From Octopus vulgaris (taxonomy: Eukaryota): a DNA stretch of 64,000 bases. Below, in pieces: positions 12,586 to 24,869 of this stretch; position 1 is the first letter of the stretch; every line of letters starts with the position of its first letter. The position numbers and the translations under genes are program-made. The notes beneath the pieces were generated by a model that saw only the letters and a program-made list of their open reading frames with translations, searched no databases and had not been told where the DNA came from. The stretch covers positions 24,614,001-24,678,000 of the forward strand of contig OX597835.1 in assembly GCA_951406725.2 (NCBI GenBank), read 5' to 3'.

Positions 12586-12719
12586 GTCAAATACGAGTCT
12601 TTACCCTTTCACGAGTCAAATACGAGTCTTTACCCTTTCACGAGTCGATCTAATTGACTAAGCCCCCATCCTCCTTAAATTTAAGGCTTTGTGCCTTTAG
12701 TGGAAAGAAAAAAATTAAA

Positions 12720-13470
12720 ACTGAGTGAATTATCGAATCATTGATTGATCGAGTGATTTCTTCTAGGATTGATTGACCAAATTATTGATAGATTAACTAC
12801 ATATTTGTTTGACTGAATGAGTGAATTGAATATTGATTGATTGAGTAAGTTAGTGAATGAATGAGTCTATGAGAGAAGTATTGCTTGTTTAATTAAATGA
12901 TTAATTCATTGAGTGATCGATTGATCGAATCATCGATTGAGTGAGGGATTTGCTCAATGACTGATAGTCGATAGTCTGATTGAATGACTGCGTAATTAAT
13001 TGAATGAGAGTGAGTAAATTATTGAGTACTTGACTGATTTCGTAACTGGCCGATTGTTTTCATGAATGATTAAAAATTGATTGTATAAGGGAGAGGGGAA
13101 GGAAGAAGAAAGGGATTTTGTGAGTGAAATATTATTTGTTGGATTATGCAATTCATTGACTGAGTGATTCAGTGAGTGACTTATTGATTGATTGATTGTG
13201 ATTAGTTGATTATTTGCGTGATTAAATATTGATTGATTGATTAAGTGAGTGAGTGAACGAGTGACTGAGTGAAGAAATTATTGATTGATTGATTGATTGA
13301 TCCGCTGAGTGAAGTAATGATTAATTACGTGATTGGTCAGATGATTAACTAACTCTGAGTGACAGATTGAGTGAGTGATTGGTTGACTGGTTGGTTGTTT
13401 ACGTGATTGATTGATTGATTGTCTCGACTAAGTGGTTGTGTGAGTGATGAAGTGTGTCAACGAGTGAGCG
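12720..13470. repeat. Degenerate (TGAN)n tetranucleotide low-complexity tract
   Basis: Dense runs of TGAT/TGAG/TGAC/TGAA. Confidence 0.7.
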
Positions 13471-14934
13471 TGTACACAAATGAGTGTGAGCGAAAGACGA
13501 GACAAAAGAAAAACAAAGACAAAAAAAGAATCACCGAAGCATAACGTGACATGATACGACACGTGGTATGAGTATACCGATTACGTAAAAGGTCCTAAGT
13601 GTCAGATCGCGGCTGATAGAGAAACACATCAATGGCAGGAGTATAGGGTAGATGGGGTGAGTAGATGTTTGAGAGAGAGGAGGGGGAGCAGAAATGGAAG
13701 GGTGGATAGAGGAGGGTGGCGTGAGTGCGAAGGGAAATAAACGGTGGAAACATATATATATCGAATCAGTCAATAAATGAAAGATAATCGTTATGAAGAG
13801 ACTGATAGCTGTGAATCTTCTGAATGAAGTGTTTGTTTCACTTGGGATCGGGTTTCGCCCTCTAAAAGGGTAACGTGTCACGCGAAGGTTAACAAAATTG
13901 TGGTTCTATATACAACAAAACAAAACAAAGAATATTAGTTAACAAGCGGATACAACTTGGAGGATACACATCGGTGGTTATTCAAAAGACACGGACTTTT
14001 AATTTCGCTGAAACATTTGCTGTTCGATGTCAACATTTTCGCCGCGCCAACTGCAGCCTGGTCACTGACGCGGTTCCACTGCATCAGGTTTGTGGTAGCG
14101 TTATTAGTCAGAATTTATTGGTTTCGGGGTTACGAAACCTATATATGCTGACCAAGCAATCTTTTTTCATCTATGCAGCTCAGTCATTCTGGTTGGGTGC
14201 TCATAGTTGGTCACTTACATTAGTATTTCGTTGTATTTCCCGCATCCTTTCCTCCTTCCTTCCTTTCTTTCTTTCTTTCTTTCTTTCAGTCAGGGTTATG
14301 AAACGTATGTATGTTGACCAAACAGCCTTCTTCATCTATATATAAAGGCCAGTCGTTCTTGTTGAGTGCTTATAGTTGGTGAATTAAATTGGTATTTTGT
14401 TTATTTCCAGTATCCTTCCTTCTTTTCTTTCTTTCTTTCTTTCTTTCGTTCGCTCGTTCTTTCTTTCCTTCAGTGGGGGCTCTTCCGGTATTGTCAAAGA
14501 AAAGAAGCTATCAGTCCAAGACCAGAGAACAGTGACAACAAGAAGGGGGGTATACTGGCCCAGAAGCAGGCCGTGGAGTATGGACACATTGAGAGGACAA
14601 AAAGGTGAAAAAAAGACGATCAGGGATGTCTGAGAGAGGTGGGGTACGAAACGAGAACCCTAAAATTTCAAACCTTGCACCTACAGCAGAAAGAATTATT
14701 GTTGCAAAAAGGTGAAAGAGGAAGTGGAAGGAGGATGGGAAGAGGATGGGCAGGAGAAGGAGAAAAAGGAGAGGAGGAGGGGGAGATGTACGTGATGGGT
14801 CATCGATTAGCTTCTGTCGTTTTCAGACAGAAGCTGGAAAAGTGAAAAAACACAAACAGTTGTGGGTCATTTGTGTGTAGTGGGAGGGGAGATAGCGTAC
14901 AGGTGGTTAACGGAAGAGTGGAAGTACTAATGTC

Positions 14935-14984
14935 AATGGTAGCGGCAGCTGTAGTAATAGTAGCAGTGGTAGTAGTAGTAGTAA

Positions 14985-15020
<36 letters not shown>

Positions 15021-15220
15021 CAGCAGCAGCAGTAGTAGTAGTAGTGGTGGTGGTTGTGGTGGTGGTTGTGGTGGTGGTGGTGGTAGTAGTAGTAGTGGTA
15101 GTGGTGGTGGTGGTGGTAGTGGTAGTAGTAGTAGTAGTAGTGGTGGTGGTGGTGGTGGTGGTGGAATAATGGTGATAGTGCTATTGTTGTTGTTAATGTT
15201 GTTGGTGGTGATGGTGGTGG
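14935..15220. repeat. Compound (GTA)n/(GTG)n microsatellite
   Basis: Read directly from the sequence. Confidence 0.95.
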
Positions 15221-15404
15221 TACCCTCATTTGTAGTTTCAGGTCACCCTTATTTTCTTGTCCGAGGTGGTTTATATTACCATTGAGTTTCGGCTAAATAA
15301 ATGTCATTGGCATAAAACTGCGACGGGGCTAAAAGAAACTACATAGAAAACTGTAGTTAAATGTATACATCTGTATGTGCATACACGCATACATACATAT
15401 AAGT

Positions 15405-15748
15405 TACGTTAATTTTTTGGCTCAAAAAGCAGAAAGCAAGGCCATGTAGGGGGACATGGAGTTATGTACAGGGAGGGTGTTCATGCTAAGAGTTCAGGCC
15501 ATTTCTGGTCAAGAGAGACTTTGAACCGAGCGGTCGTCGGCATCTTCACTATCTCGTCCGGCAGCTTATTCCACGGATCCGCAACCCGGACGGAGAAAGC
15601 CCCTCTCCTTCGATTGAGATGAAATCGTCGAAGATAGAGCTTTTCGAAGTGACCCCGCAGCCGACGCTCTGGAGCAGGAGTGAAGAACAGCTCTTTCCGC
15701 TTATGATGTTGTGAGCAAGAATGAGATCACCACGGCGTCGTCGTTTTT
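15405..15748 (-). pseudogene. CR1-clade LINE 3' end (ORF2 C-terminus and tail)
   Basis: Minus translation RRRRGDLILAHNIISGK (frameshift) LFFTPAPERRLRGHFEKLYLRRFHLNRRRGAFSVRVADPWNKLPDEIVKMPTTARFKVSLD. This fits the CR1 signature RGDLI...RGH..KL...FS.RV...WN.LP...FK..LD. Confidence 0.85.
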
Positions 15749-15760
15749 AAACATATACGT

Positions 15761-15819
<59 letters not shown>

Positions 15820-15822
<3 letters not shown>

Positions 15823-16308
15823 TAAGTAATTAAGGGTTTAGCAACTAATTGCCTCACCAACACACCGAATTTAGAAATAGCAGTCAAAGAGATATAGCTA
15901 TTCCTTCTACTAAAAGGGGGATCTCAGTAAAAACACAGCACTTGAAAGGCAAACACAGACAGGTAAGAAAGAAAGAATGAAATGACGGCAATCTATCATA
16001 CAATTTTAAGTTACCTACGGACGTACGTTTCGAAATCAAGTTTTAGGAGAGCATAAGAATTAGAAAATTCTACTTTACCCAAACTTCTTTTCTCATCGGC
16101 GCAGGATACTACAATTATGAATAATTGTATATTAAATTTTGAGATACTAGAAGGCATTATCTCAACTCAGTGTCAGAGCGAGCCAAAGCATGACCAGTAC
16201 CACGAAATTCAAAGTTTGAATGAAAGTTTGTGTCTTGGCTACACGCGGGTGGAAGGGGGCTGGTGACACAAACTTTTTCTAAATTCGGTGTGTTGGTGAG
16301 GCAATTCA
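15820..16308 (-). mobile_element. Penelope-like element remnant with inverted terminal duplication
   Basis: Inserted in (TA)n. 15847-15877 is inverted at 16276-16306. The start TAATTAAGGGTTTAGCAAC is shared with the 9264-9402 element, and it contains a hammerhead. Confidence 0.6.
16014..16105 (-). ncRNA. Type I hammerhead ribozyme, apparently intact
   Basis: Minus strand CCTGCG-CCGATGA-GAAA...TTTC-GAAA-CG-TA-CG-TC-CGTAGG: 6-bp stem I, G-C closed long stem II, stem III and GUC triplet. Confidence 0.75.
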
Positions 16309-16332
16309 TATATATATATATATATATATATA

Positions 16333-16531
16333 TAGGTCCCGGGTTGAGTCGGGGTTAACCACAGTCAATAAGGTACTCAATACATAGCAGAGTAAATTAA
16401 TTTATTTTATAGAAGGAGCTTCTACAGGACTAGAACTGTTTCATTCAAAAGAAATCATCAGGAAGCTTCCTGATGATTTCTTTTGAATGAAACAGTTCTA
16501 GTCCTGTAGAAGCTCCTTCTATAAAATAAAT
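16333..16531. mobile_element. Palindromic hammerhead-like element (family P2)
   Basis: Perfect 132 bp palindrome at 16400-16531 centred on GGAAG|CTTCC. Each arm reads CTGATGA-TTTC-TTTT-GAAT-GAAAC...GTC. Homologue at 57222-57412. Confidence 0.75.
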
Positions 16532-16709
16532 AAATATATATATATATATATACAAAATGAGAAAATGGAGAAACATACCTAAATCAATCATCAACCATCA
16601 GATAATACCCAATCAATACTTTATTAAACCATTACACAACAGCAATGATATTATACATTAATATAGTATAAATATAACAAGACATAGAAATAGAAATAGA
16701 AAATACATT

Positions 16710-16772
<63 letters not shown>

Positions 16773-16845
16773 GTTTAAATATTTGTTGTGCAAGATTTTT
16801 TATGTGAAGTCGTGTGTTGAAACAGATATTGTTATATTTCGGAAT

Positions 16846-16889
16846 GGTCACTGATGCGGTCACAGGAGTGTGACGAAAGAACTTTGGCC
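16846..16889 (+). ncRNA. Hammerhead-like motif with altered core
   Basis: GGTCA-CTGATG-CG-GTCAC-AGGAGT-GTGAC-GAAAG-AA-CTT-TGGCC: 5-bp stems I and II, with A9 replaced. Lies in a 25-bp inverted repeat (16826-16850 vs 16987-17011). Confidence 0.5.
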
Positions 16890-17003
16890 GAAATAAGATT
16901 AAGATTAATGTAAAAAATAAATATCACTGAAGCAAAATAACACCAAATATATAGTGCGTGTGTTTTTATTGGCTAAACTGGCAATATGACCATTCCGAAA
17001 TAT

Positions 17004-17071
<68 letters not shown>

Positions 17072-17407
17072 GTAGGTATGTATGCATGTATGTACGTTTT
17101 TATTTTACTTGTTTTACTCATTTGACTACGGTCAAACACCACGAACAACAACACCAACACCACAAACATTCCCCACTAAAAGGGGTCAACGACGTTTGGC
17201 GGTATAGGGTATTAAACGTCCCCCAGACTTCAATACACGTTGGACAACAGGGTGGTGGCGTGATTTGACTGGAGGGAGATTTGACTGCTGTTTCGAGCAT
17301 ATCATCCAACCAACCAACCAACCAACTAACCAGCCAACACAACCAAACCGACTGGTGCCATCCTCTCTTTCTCTCTCTCTCTGTCTCTCTCTCTCTGTCT
17401 CTCTCCC

Positions 17408-17462
<55 letters not shown>

Positions 17463-17993
17463 CTAGCTCTCTCTTTTACTCTCTATCTGTCTTTCCCTCT
17501 CTCTCTTTTTTTACTCTCTCTTTCGCACCCTCTCTTTCTCTCCCTGTCGTTCGCTCTCCCCCTCTCTCTCACACTCTTTCCTTCTCTCTTTCTCTCTCTC
17601 ATTCTCTTTCTCCATCTCTTTCTCTCTCTTACACCCTGTTTCTCTCTCTCTCTCTCTCTCGCCCTGTTTGCCGCCGCTAATGCGTGATGTCAAACATAGA
17701 AAACAAATGGGACTGCGTTGTGTTAATTAAGGTGTTCTCATCACACGAGACGTCGGTTTTTCAACAGAAGTTCTGAATTAAAGTAATTGCTACATGGGTG
17801 TTTGTTGAGATTTTCGAGAGGATTACTCTACTTCCGGTGGCATTACGCTTTAGCGTAATAAAGTGTCACAAATATTTGTGCATCGCTGCGCACGCAACAT
17901 TCCTTCCATTTCACGTGCAGGCATCGTAGCAGTTTCTCTTCGCCGCTGACTTGTTGCATTACGTTTCTTCGACGGCGGCATATGTCTGTCTGT

Positions 17994-18076
<83 letters not shown>

Positions 18077-18102
18077 GTATATATATATATATATACACAC
18101 AC

Positions 18103-18169
<67 letters not shown>

Positions 18170-18189
18170 TACATACCTATATTTATATA

Positions 18190-18242
<53 letters not shown>

Positions 18243-18293
18243 AGGTAGATAGATAGATGCATACATGTACATACATATATATATATATATAGA

Positions 18294-18362
<69 letters not shown>

Positions 18363-18396
18363 TGATACATACATATATATATATATGTATATATAC

Positions 18397-18472
<76 letters not shown>

Positions 18473-18849
18473 TACATATGTAAGTTTGTATATATAATAC
18501 ATATGTGTATATGTATAAAATTCCCTATTATATACACCCAGTAAGTAAGAATTTCAGCTAGTTGAAAAAAAAATACGAAGTAAATGTTTTTTAATTACAC
18601 TATGTTGAATTTCTGATTACCGGAAACTGGAGGGTTTTCAGGCTGTGTTTCCGGTTGTGTGAAAACAACTTCCGTCTTTACACCGTTCTACCACTCACCT
18701 CCTATACCGGATATAAGCTACATAAAAATGACCTGTTTTTGTTTGTTTGTTGGTTGCGTTTTCGCTTTTGCGTATTTGCGCGTCCTATAAGAAATGGAAG
18801 TCTTTGAGGTTTCTCTCTCTTACTCTCTCTCTCTCTGCCTCTTTCTCAC

Positions 18850-18913
<64 letters not shown>

Positions 18914-18915
18914 AC

Positions 18916-18951
<36 letters not shown>

Positions 18952-18958
18952 CATAACC

Positions 18959-19033
<75 letters not shown>

Positions 19034-19355
19034 ACTATCTATCTATCTATCTATCCTAGTCATTGTCTCCTTCACTCTTTCTCTTTCCCTACGCTCTCTC
19101 TTTTTCTCTCACTTTGTCTCACACACTCTCTCACTCCCTTTCATTCTCTCTCTGTTTGTCATTCACCCTCTCTTTCTCTCCCTGTCGTTCGCTCTCCCTC
19201 CCTCATACACTCTTTCCTTCTCTCTTTCTCTTTCTCCATCTCTTTCTCTCTCTCTCTCTCATGCACTCTGTTTCTCACTTTTTCCCTCTCTCTCTCTCTC
19301 TCTCACTCTTTCCCTCTCCTCTGTCAGTATGTCTGTCGGCCTGTCACTCTCTCTC

Positions 19356-19399
<44 letters not shown>

Positions 19400-19700
19400 G
19401 TTTCTGTGTCTGTGTGTAGTTTGTGTTTAAATGTATGTAGCTACAAGGAAGCATTTGAGTATTAGCCTTTTTGTTTGTTTGTGTGTGTGTTTGTGTATGT
19501 GTTCGTTTGTGTGTGTGTTCGTGTGTGTGTATGTGTATATGCGTGTGTATGTGTGTGTATGTGCATGTCTGTGTACTTGTGTGTATGTGTGTGTGTGTGT
19601 GTGCGCGTGTATGTTGAGTGAATGTTTCTGTCTATCAATGTTTGCTTCTGTACCTGTGTGTGTATTTGCGATTGTGTATGCTTGAATAGCTCTGTGTGTA

Positions 19701-19738
<38 letters not shown>

Positions 19739-19953
19739 TGTATGTGTGTGTGTGTGCTTGGGTGCATGCATTTGATTGTGTGGATGCATGAGGAAGCGTT
19801 TAAGTGCTAACTTCTATTGGGTATTTTGTGTGTGTGAGTCTGTGTGTGCGTGTGTGTATCTGTGCTTGTATGTGTATTTGTTTGTTGTTAGGAATGTTGG
19901 GATGGGTACATGTTTGTGTATGTGTAAATATATATATATACACACACACACAT

Positions 19954-20047
<94 letters not shown>

Positions 20048-20136
20048 ATACATGCAAACATATATATGTGTATATATATATATATGTGTATGTATGTATG
20101 TATGTATATATACATGTATGTATGTATGTATGTATG

Positions 20137-20231
<95 letters not shown>

Positions 20232-20405
20232 AGAATTCAGGAAAAAAACAAAAGACGAAGACAGGTGGTGTAGACAACAAACAGATGTATTAGTATAACG
20301 CTAGGGAAGAGAAAAAGACTTTAATGTTTCGAGCCTATGCTCTTCCACAGAAAGGAACGCAGAAAGAAACAAGGAGTGAAAAAGAATGTGTAGTGGATAG
20401 CGATC
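20232..20405 (-). mobile_element. Family P1 element
   Basis: Minus strand CTTT-CTGTGGA-A-GAGC-ATAG-GCTC-GAAACATT-AAAG, flanked by (TA)n. Confidence 0.6.
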
Positions 20406-20450
20406 TATATATACACACGCACACATCTATATATATGTTTATTTGTATAT

Positions 20451-20482
<32 letters not shown>

Positions 20483-20779
20483 TCGTGTCCGTGATTGTAC
20501 CTAACTCCCCCTTGACAACCGCTGCGGGGTTGTTTACGACCCCGTAAGTCAGCCGTTTAGCAAAAGAGACTGATAGAATAAGTACGAAGAATTTACTTTG
20601 CTTAATGTCCTTTTCTTTCTTCAAACCATCTTCGCGTTTTTCCTCTCGTTTTTTCTCATGTTTTCCCATAGACCAGCGTCCTGGTTTTCAAATAGCACCA
20701 ACAGTGTGCACTGATCCTGAGAGATGGCATAGAGACTCACCGCTTCTCCTATAAATCTGCCAAATTATTGTATCTCTGC

Positions 20780-20949
20780 CGCATGGCGTGGCTGTGTGGT
20801 AAGAGGTTTGCTTTCCAACCACACGATACCGGGTTCAGTCCCACTGCGTAGCACTTCGGGCAAGTGTCTCCTCTGACCGACCAAAGCCTTGTGAGTGTAT
20901 TTGGTAGATGGAATATTTTGATTGCCTCGATAACTGAGGCAATCAAAAT

Positions 20950-21013
<64 letters not shown>

Positions 21014-21115
21014 GTAATGATAATAATAAGTACTCTGGCCGATTCGTTCGACTAAACTTCTTCGAGGCGGTGCCCCAGCTTGGCCTCAGTCTAGTGACTG
21101 GAACAAATAAAAGAT
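20780..21115 (+). mobile_element. SINE family B, degenerate and interrupted by (TAA)n
   Basis: Head at 20780-20915 and tail at ~21025-21115. Confidence 0.65.
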
Positions 21116-21202
21116 AAAACACAACACGAATTTCACTGTATTCGGTCACGTGGAGTGAAGTCATTGTGCGGAAGTAATTGCAGGTAATATGTATGGGGGA
21201 TT

Positions 21203-21790
21203 ATGGCGGCGAGCTAGCAGAATCGTTAGCACGCTGGTATTTCGTCTGCCGTTACGTTCTGAGTTCAAATTCCGTCGAGGTCGACTTTGCCTTTCGTCCT
21301 TTCGGGGTCGATTAAAGAAGTACCAGTTACGCACTGGGGTCGATATAATCGACTAATCCGTTTGTCTGTGCTTGTTTGTCCCCTCTGTGTGTAGCCCCTT
21401 GTGAGTAGTAAAGAAATAGGTATTTCGTCTGCCGTTATGTTCTGGGTTCAAATTCCGCCGAGGTCGACTTTGCCTTTTATCCTTTCGGGGTCGATTAAAT
21501 AAGTACCAGTTACGCACTGGGGTCGATATAATCGACTAATCCGTTTGTCTGTGCTTGTTTGTCCCCTCTGTGTGTAACCCCTTGTGGGTAGTAAAGAAAT
21601 AGGTATTTCGTCTGCCGTTATGTTCTGGGTTCAAATTCCGCCGAGGTCGACTTTGCCTTTTATCCTTTCGGGGGTCGATTAAATAAGTACTAGTTACGAA
21701 CTGGGGGCGATGTAATTGACTTTAACCCTTTGTCTCTCCTTGTTTGTCCCCTCTATGTTTAGCCCCTTGTGGGCAATAAAGAAATAAATA
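21203..21790 (+). mobile_element. SINE family A, trimeric copy
   Basis: One head followed by three ~183 bp units joined at AAAGAAATAG|GTATTTCGTCTG. Confidence 0.85.
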
Positions 21791-21881
21791 TGCGGGATTG
21801 CTATCTTGGATGCGCGAAAATGTAAAACTGGGAGCCTCTGAGTCCTGATAGTTTAAGAGATTTTCAGTTCAAATGAATTAA

Positions 21882-22200
21882 AGGGATTCTCAACCATTTT
21901 TATCTATGGACCCCTTTTATTACTATTTCATTCTGGTGGACCCCCATAGCCATTTGATGTTTAAAGATTAGTTTATAGAAACTCCATTTTGTTTTTCACA
22001 CTTTAACTTCTGTTGGTTGAACAATGTAAAATATTAGGGAAAGAAACTTGTTTCTTGCAATACATAACCAATACAAGATATATCTAAAGCTAAATTTTTT
22101 CCTGGACCCTTAAAATACTACCATTGATCCTCAACTTATTATTTTGTTTTCGTGGATCCCTGTTTAAAAACTAGTTTTATAGACACTTTTTCAAAATCCC
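21882..22200 (+). mobile_element. hAT-type MITE remnant
   Basis: AGGGATTCTCAACCATTTTT...GGTGGACCCCCATAGCCATT is homologous to 31240-31518. Confidence 0.55.
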
Positions 22201-22235
22201 TCTTTTGTTTTTCGGACAGTAAAAGAAGAAAAGAG

Positions 22236-22267
<32 letters not shown>

Positions 22268-22370
22268 TGTATGTATGTATGTATGTATGTATGTACGTAT
22301 GTATGCATATATGTATGTATGTATATATGTATGTATCTATGTATGTATGTATGTATGTATTTATGTATGC

Positions 22371-22403
<33 letters not shown>

Positions 22404-22540
22404 TGTATGTATGTATTTATGTATGTATGTATGTATGTATGTATGTATGTATGTATGTATGTATGTATGTATGTATGTATTTATGTATGTATATATGTAT
22501 GTATGTATGTATGCATGTATGTATATATGTATGTATATGC
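22236..22540. repeat. (TATG)n array
   Basis: Read directly from the sequence. Confidence 0.95.
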
Positions 22541-22962
22541 CCTTATATGTATTGTAACCAATAAAGTCACCATTTTTAAATTTTCATTTAGTCCGGCAAT
22601 CTAGTCATTCTACCCGACTGCTTTCCGATATATTGACAGCCGGATGGAATAGGAACCCGACCACCCATTGAGGCTGAAAAGAACCACCCCGCCGACCCCC
22701 AAAAAAGAACGAAACCTTAAATAGCCACACCTCACCCCAACAAAAACCAAATATAAAGTCAGGATAACACAGATTCAGACACATGTCCCTTCAAAAATGA
22801 AAATAAAATAGAAATAAAAACGCAGCCACAAATAAATAACCCTCAAAACTTTGAACGTTGGGTGGGGAGCGCCAAGACCAGAAGACGGGTAGAATGAAAA
22901 GTCTATCACTTGGAAGTTCTAATCGCGTGGAATCAAATGAACAGCGGGTAGAATTAATTAGG

Positions 22963-23035
<73 letters not shown>

Positions 23036-23055
23036 TAATAATAATAATAATAATG

Positions 23056-23119
<64 letters not shown>

Positions 23120-23872
23120 TAATAATAATAATAATAACTGTAGTAGTAGTAGTAGTAACAGTTGTAGAGTAGTAGAATAAAAAGTCTGGTCAAATTACTT
23201 AAGAATTTGGGCAAGACCAAAGAATTAATGCCGTCTGAGTGCAAGAATTACTGAGTGCAAGAACGCAGCTACTACTGACACCTGCCAACAGTATATACCT
23301 ACATATGTGCATACATATATACATACATACATACATACATACATACATACATACATACATACTCTCTCTCTCTCACACACATAATATATATATATATGTA
23401 TGTGTATATATGTGTGTTTATGGGAAAATGTATTATCACGTGATTAAATCTTTAATTTCTATCTTATTGAAGTCCCGTTTTTAGTTTGTTATTATCTTTA
23501 TTGTTTTATTTCATTTTTTTGTTTTGTTTCTTGGTGTGTGGGTGTGCGGGTTTATGTACTATCAAATATCTCTTAAATGGAACACGGAAGTGTTTATATA
23601 TATGTGTGCGTGTTTGTGTGTGTGTGTGTGTGTCTCTGTTTGCGCGCGCATACACACACACACACACATATATGTATATATACATGTATATATATGTATA
23701 TATATATATTATGTATATATTTGTATGCATATATATATGTGTGTATATGTGTATGTGTGAGTGTGTGCGTGTGTGTGCAAGCGTGTGTGTGTGTATGTGT
23801 GTGTGTGTGCGTATAATTAAACAGGAAAGAAACTTTATCCCTTCCAATTTACGTGTGGGAGTATTTGTGTAT

Positions 23873-23910
<38 letters not shown>

Positions 23911-24236
23911 CCAAACATACATGAAACAGCTTTTCTCTCAGACATTTTATATTGAATATCCTACTGTTTTATCTTTTTAACCAATTTTTTTTTATACTTT
24001 CGTGTGAGTTTCTCACGTTTTTTTTGCATGTGTAAAGTTCCTTAATCTATCATCAACGTTTCTAAATTTTCACAGTCTCATCTTCAGCATGAAGTAATGT
24101 GGTTTATTTGCCTCTTTATAATTAGTCAGGGCCGATGTTGTTTCTGACGAAGTCATCGCCGGAATGTGAATATATACTTGATACATATACATACATAAAT
24201 ATTTATGCGCACGCGCATGTGTGTGACATTTCTTTT

Positions 24237-24282
<46 letters not shown>

Positions 24283-24287
<5 letters not shown>

Positions 24288-24530
24288 AAATGGGACAAGA
24301 ACGCAAACATTCAAATAGACGATACAAAAAACACGGACGGGTCATTCGAAGCCTCTAATTTTCAGTCAAGAACCGGATTATCTTCGCAATTTCGGCTGAT
24401 TAGTCTTGAGATTGCTCCAATCAGGCCAGCCCCAAGGAAAAACTAAGCTACGAGCATTAGATTTCTTGAGAAAAGGATCGAATGTATACGAAACAAGGAC
24501 AGAAAAACGGACGATGTTACATGAATATAA
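24283..24530. mobile_element. Interspersed repeat family D
   Basis: Homologous to 7630-7822 and abutting (TA)n. Confidence 0.65.
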
Positions 24531-24869
24531 ATACAAAAAAAAATAATAATAATACGAATATAAATACAAACAATATATATACATATACATACACACACAC
24601 ATATATATATATACACACATATAGATATATACATACATATAATTTTATAATAAAAAAAACACAACTTTTGCAGAACACAACTAACCAGGGATTTTTTATT
24701 ATAACATTATTTTTTATTTTTGAGATCGAGTGCTATTCTATTTGTGAAAGCTTTATCGCATAACATACATACGTATTGTTTGTTGTGTGTGTGTTTATGT
24801 GTGTGTGAGTGTAATATTTAATTTAGCGCTGTCTTGTGTGTGTGATATTTATGTGTGTGTGTGTGCAAT

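Noticed and set aside
12583-12648. ~29 bp tandem duplication
   Set aside because: An ordinary local duplication at a SINE boundary.
14471-14640. Exon-like island after a pyrimidine tract and CAG
   Set aside because: The tract is a TTTC microsatellite, and no frame gives a recognisable protein.
21236-21790. Regular repeats that could be mistaken for a CRISPR array
   Set aside because: These are 183-bp SINE units without unique spacers, in eukaryotic DNA with no cas genes.
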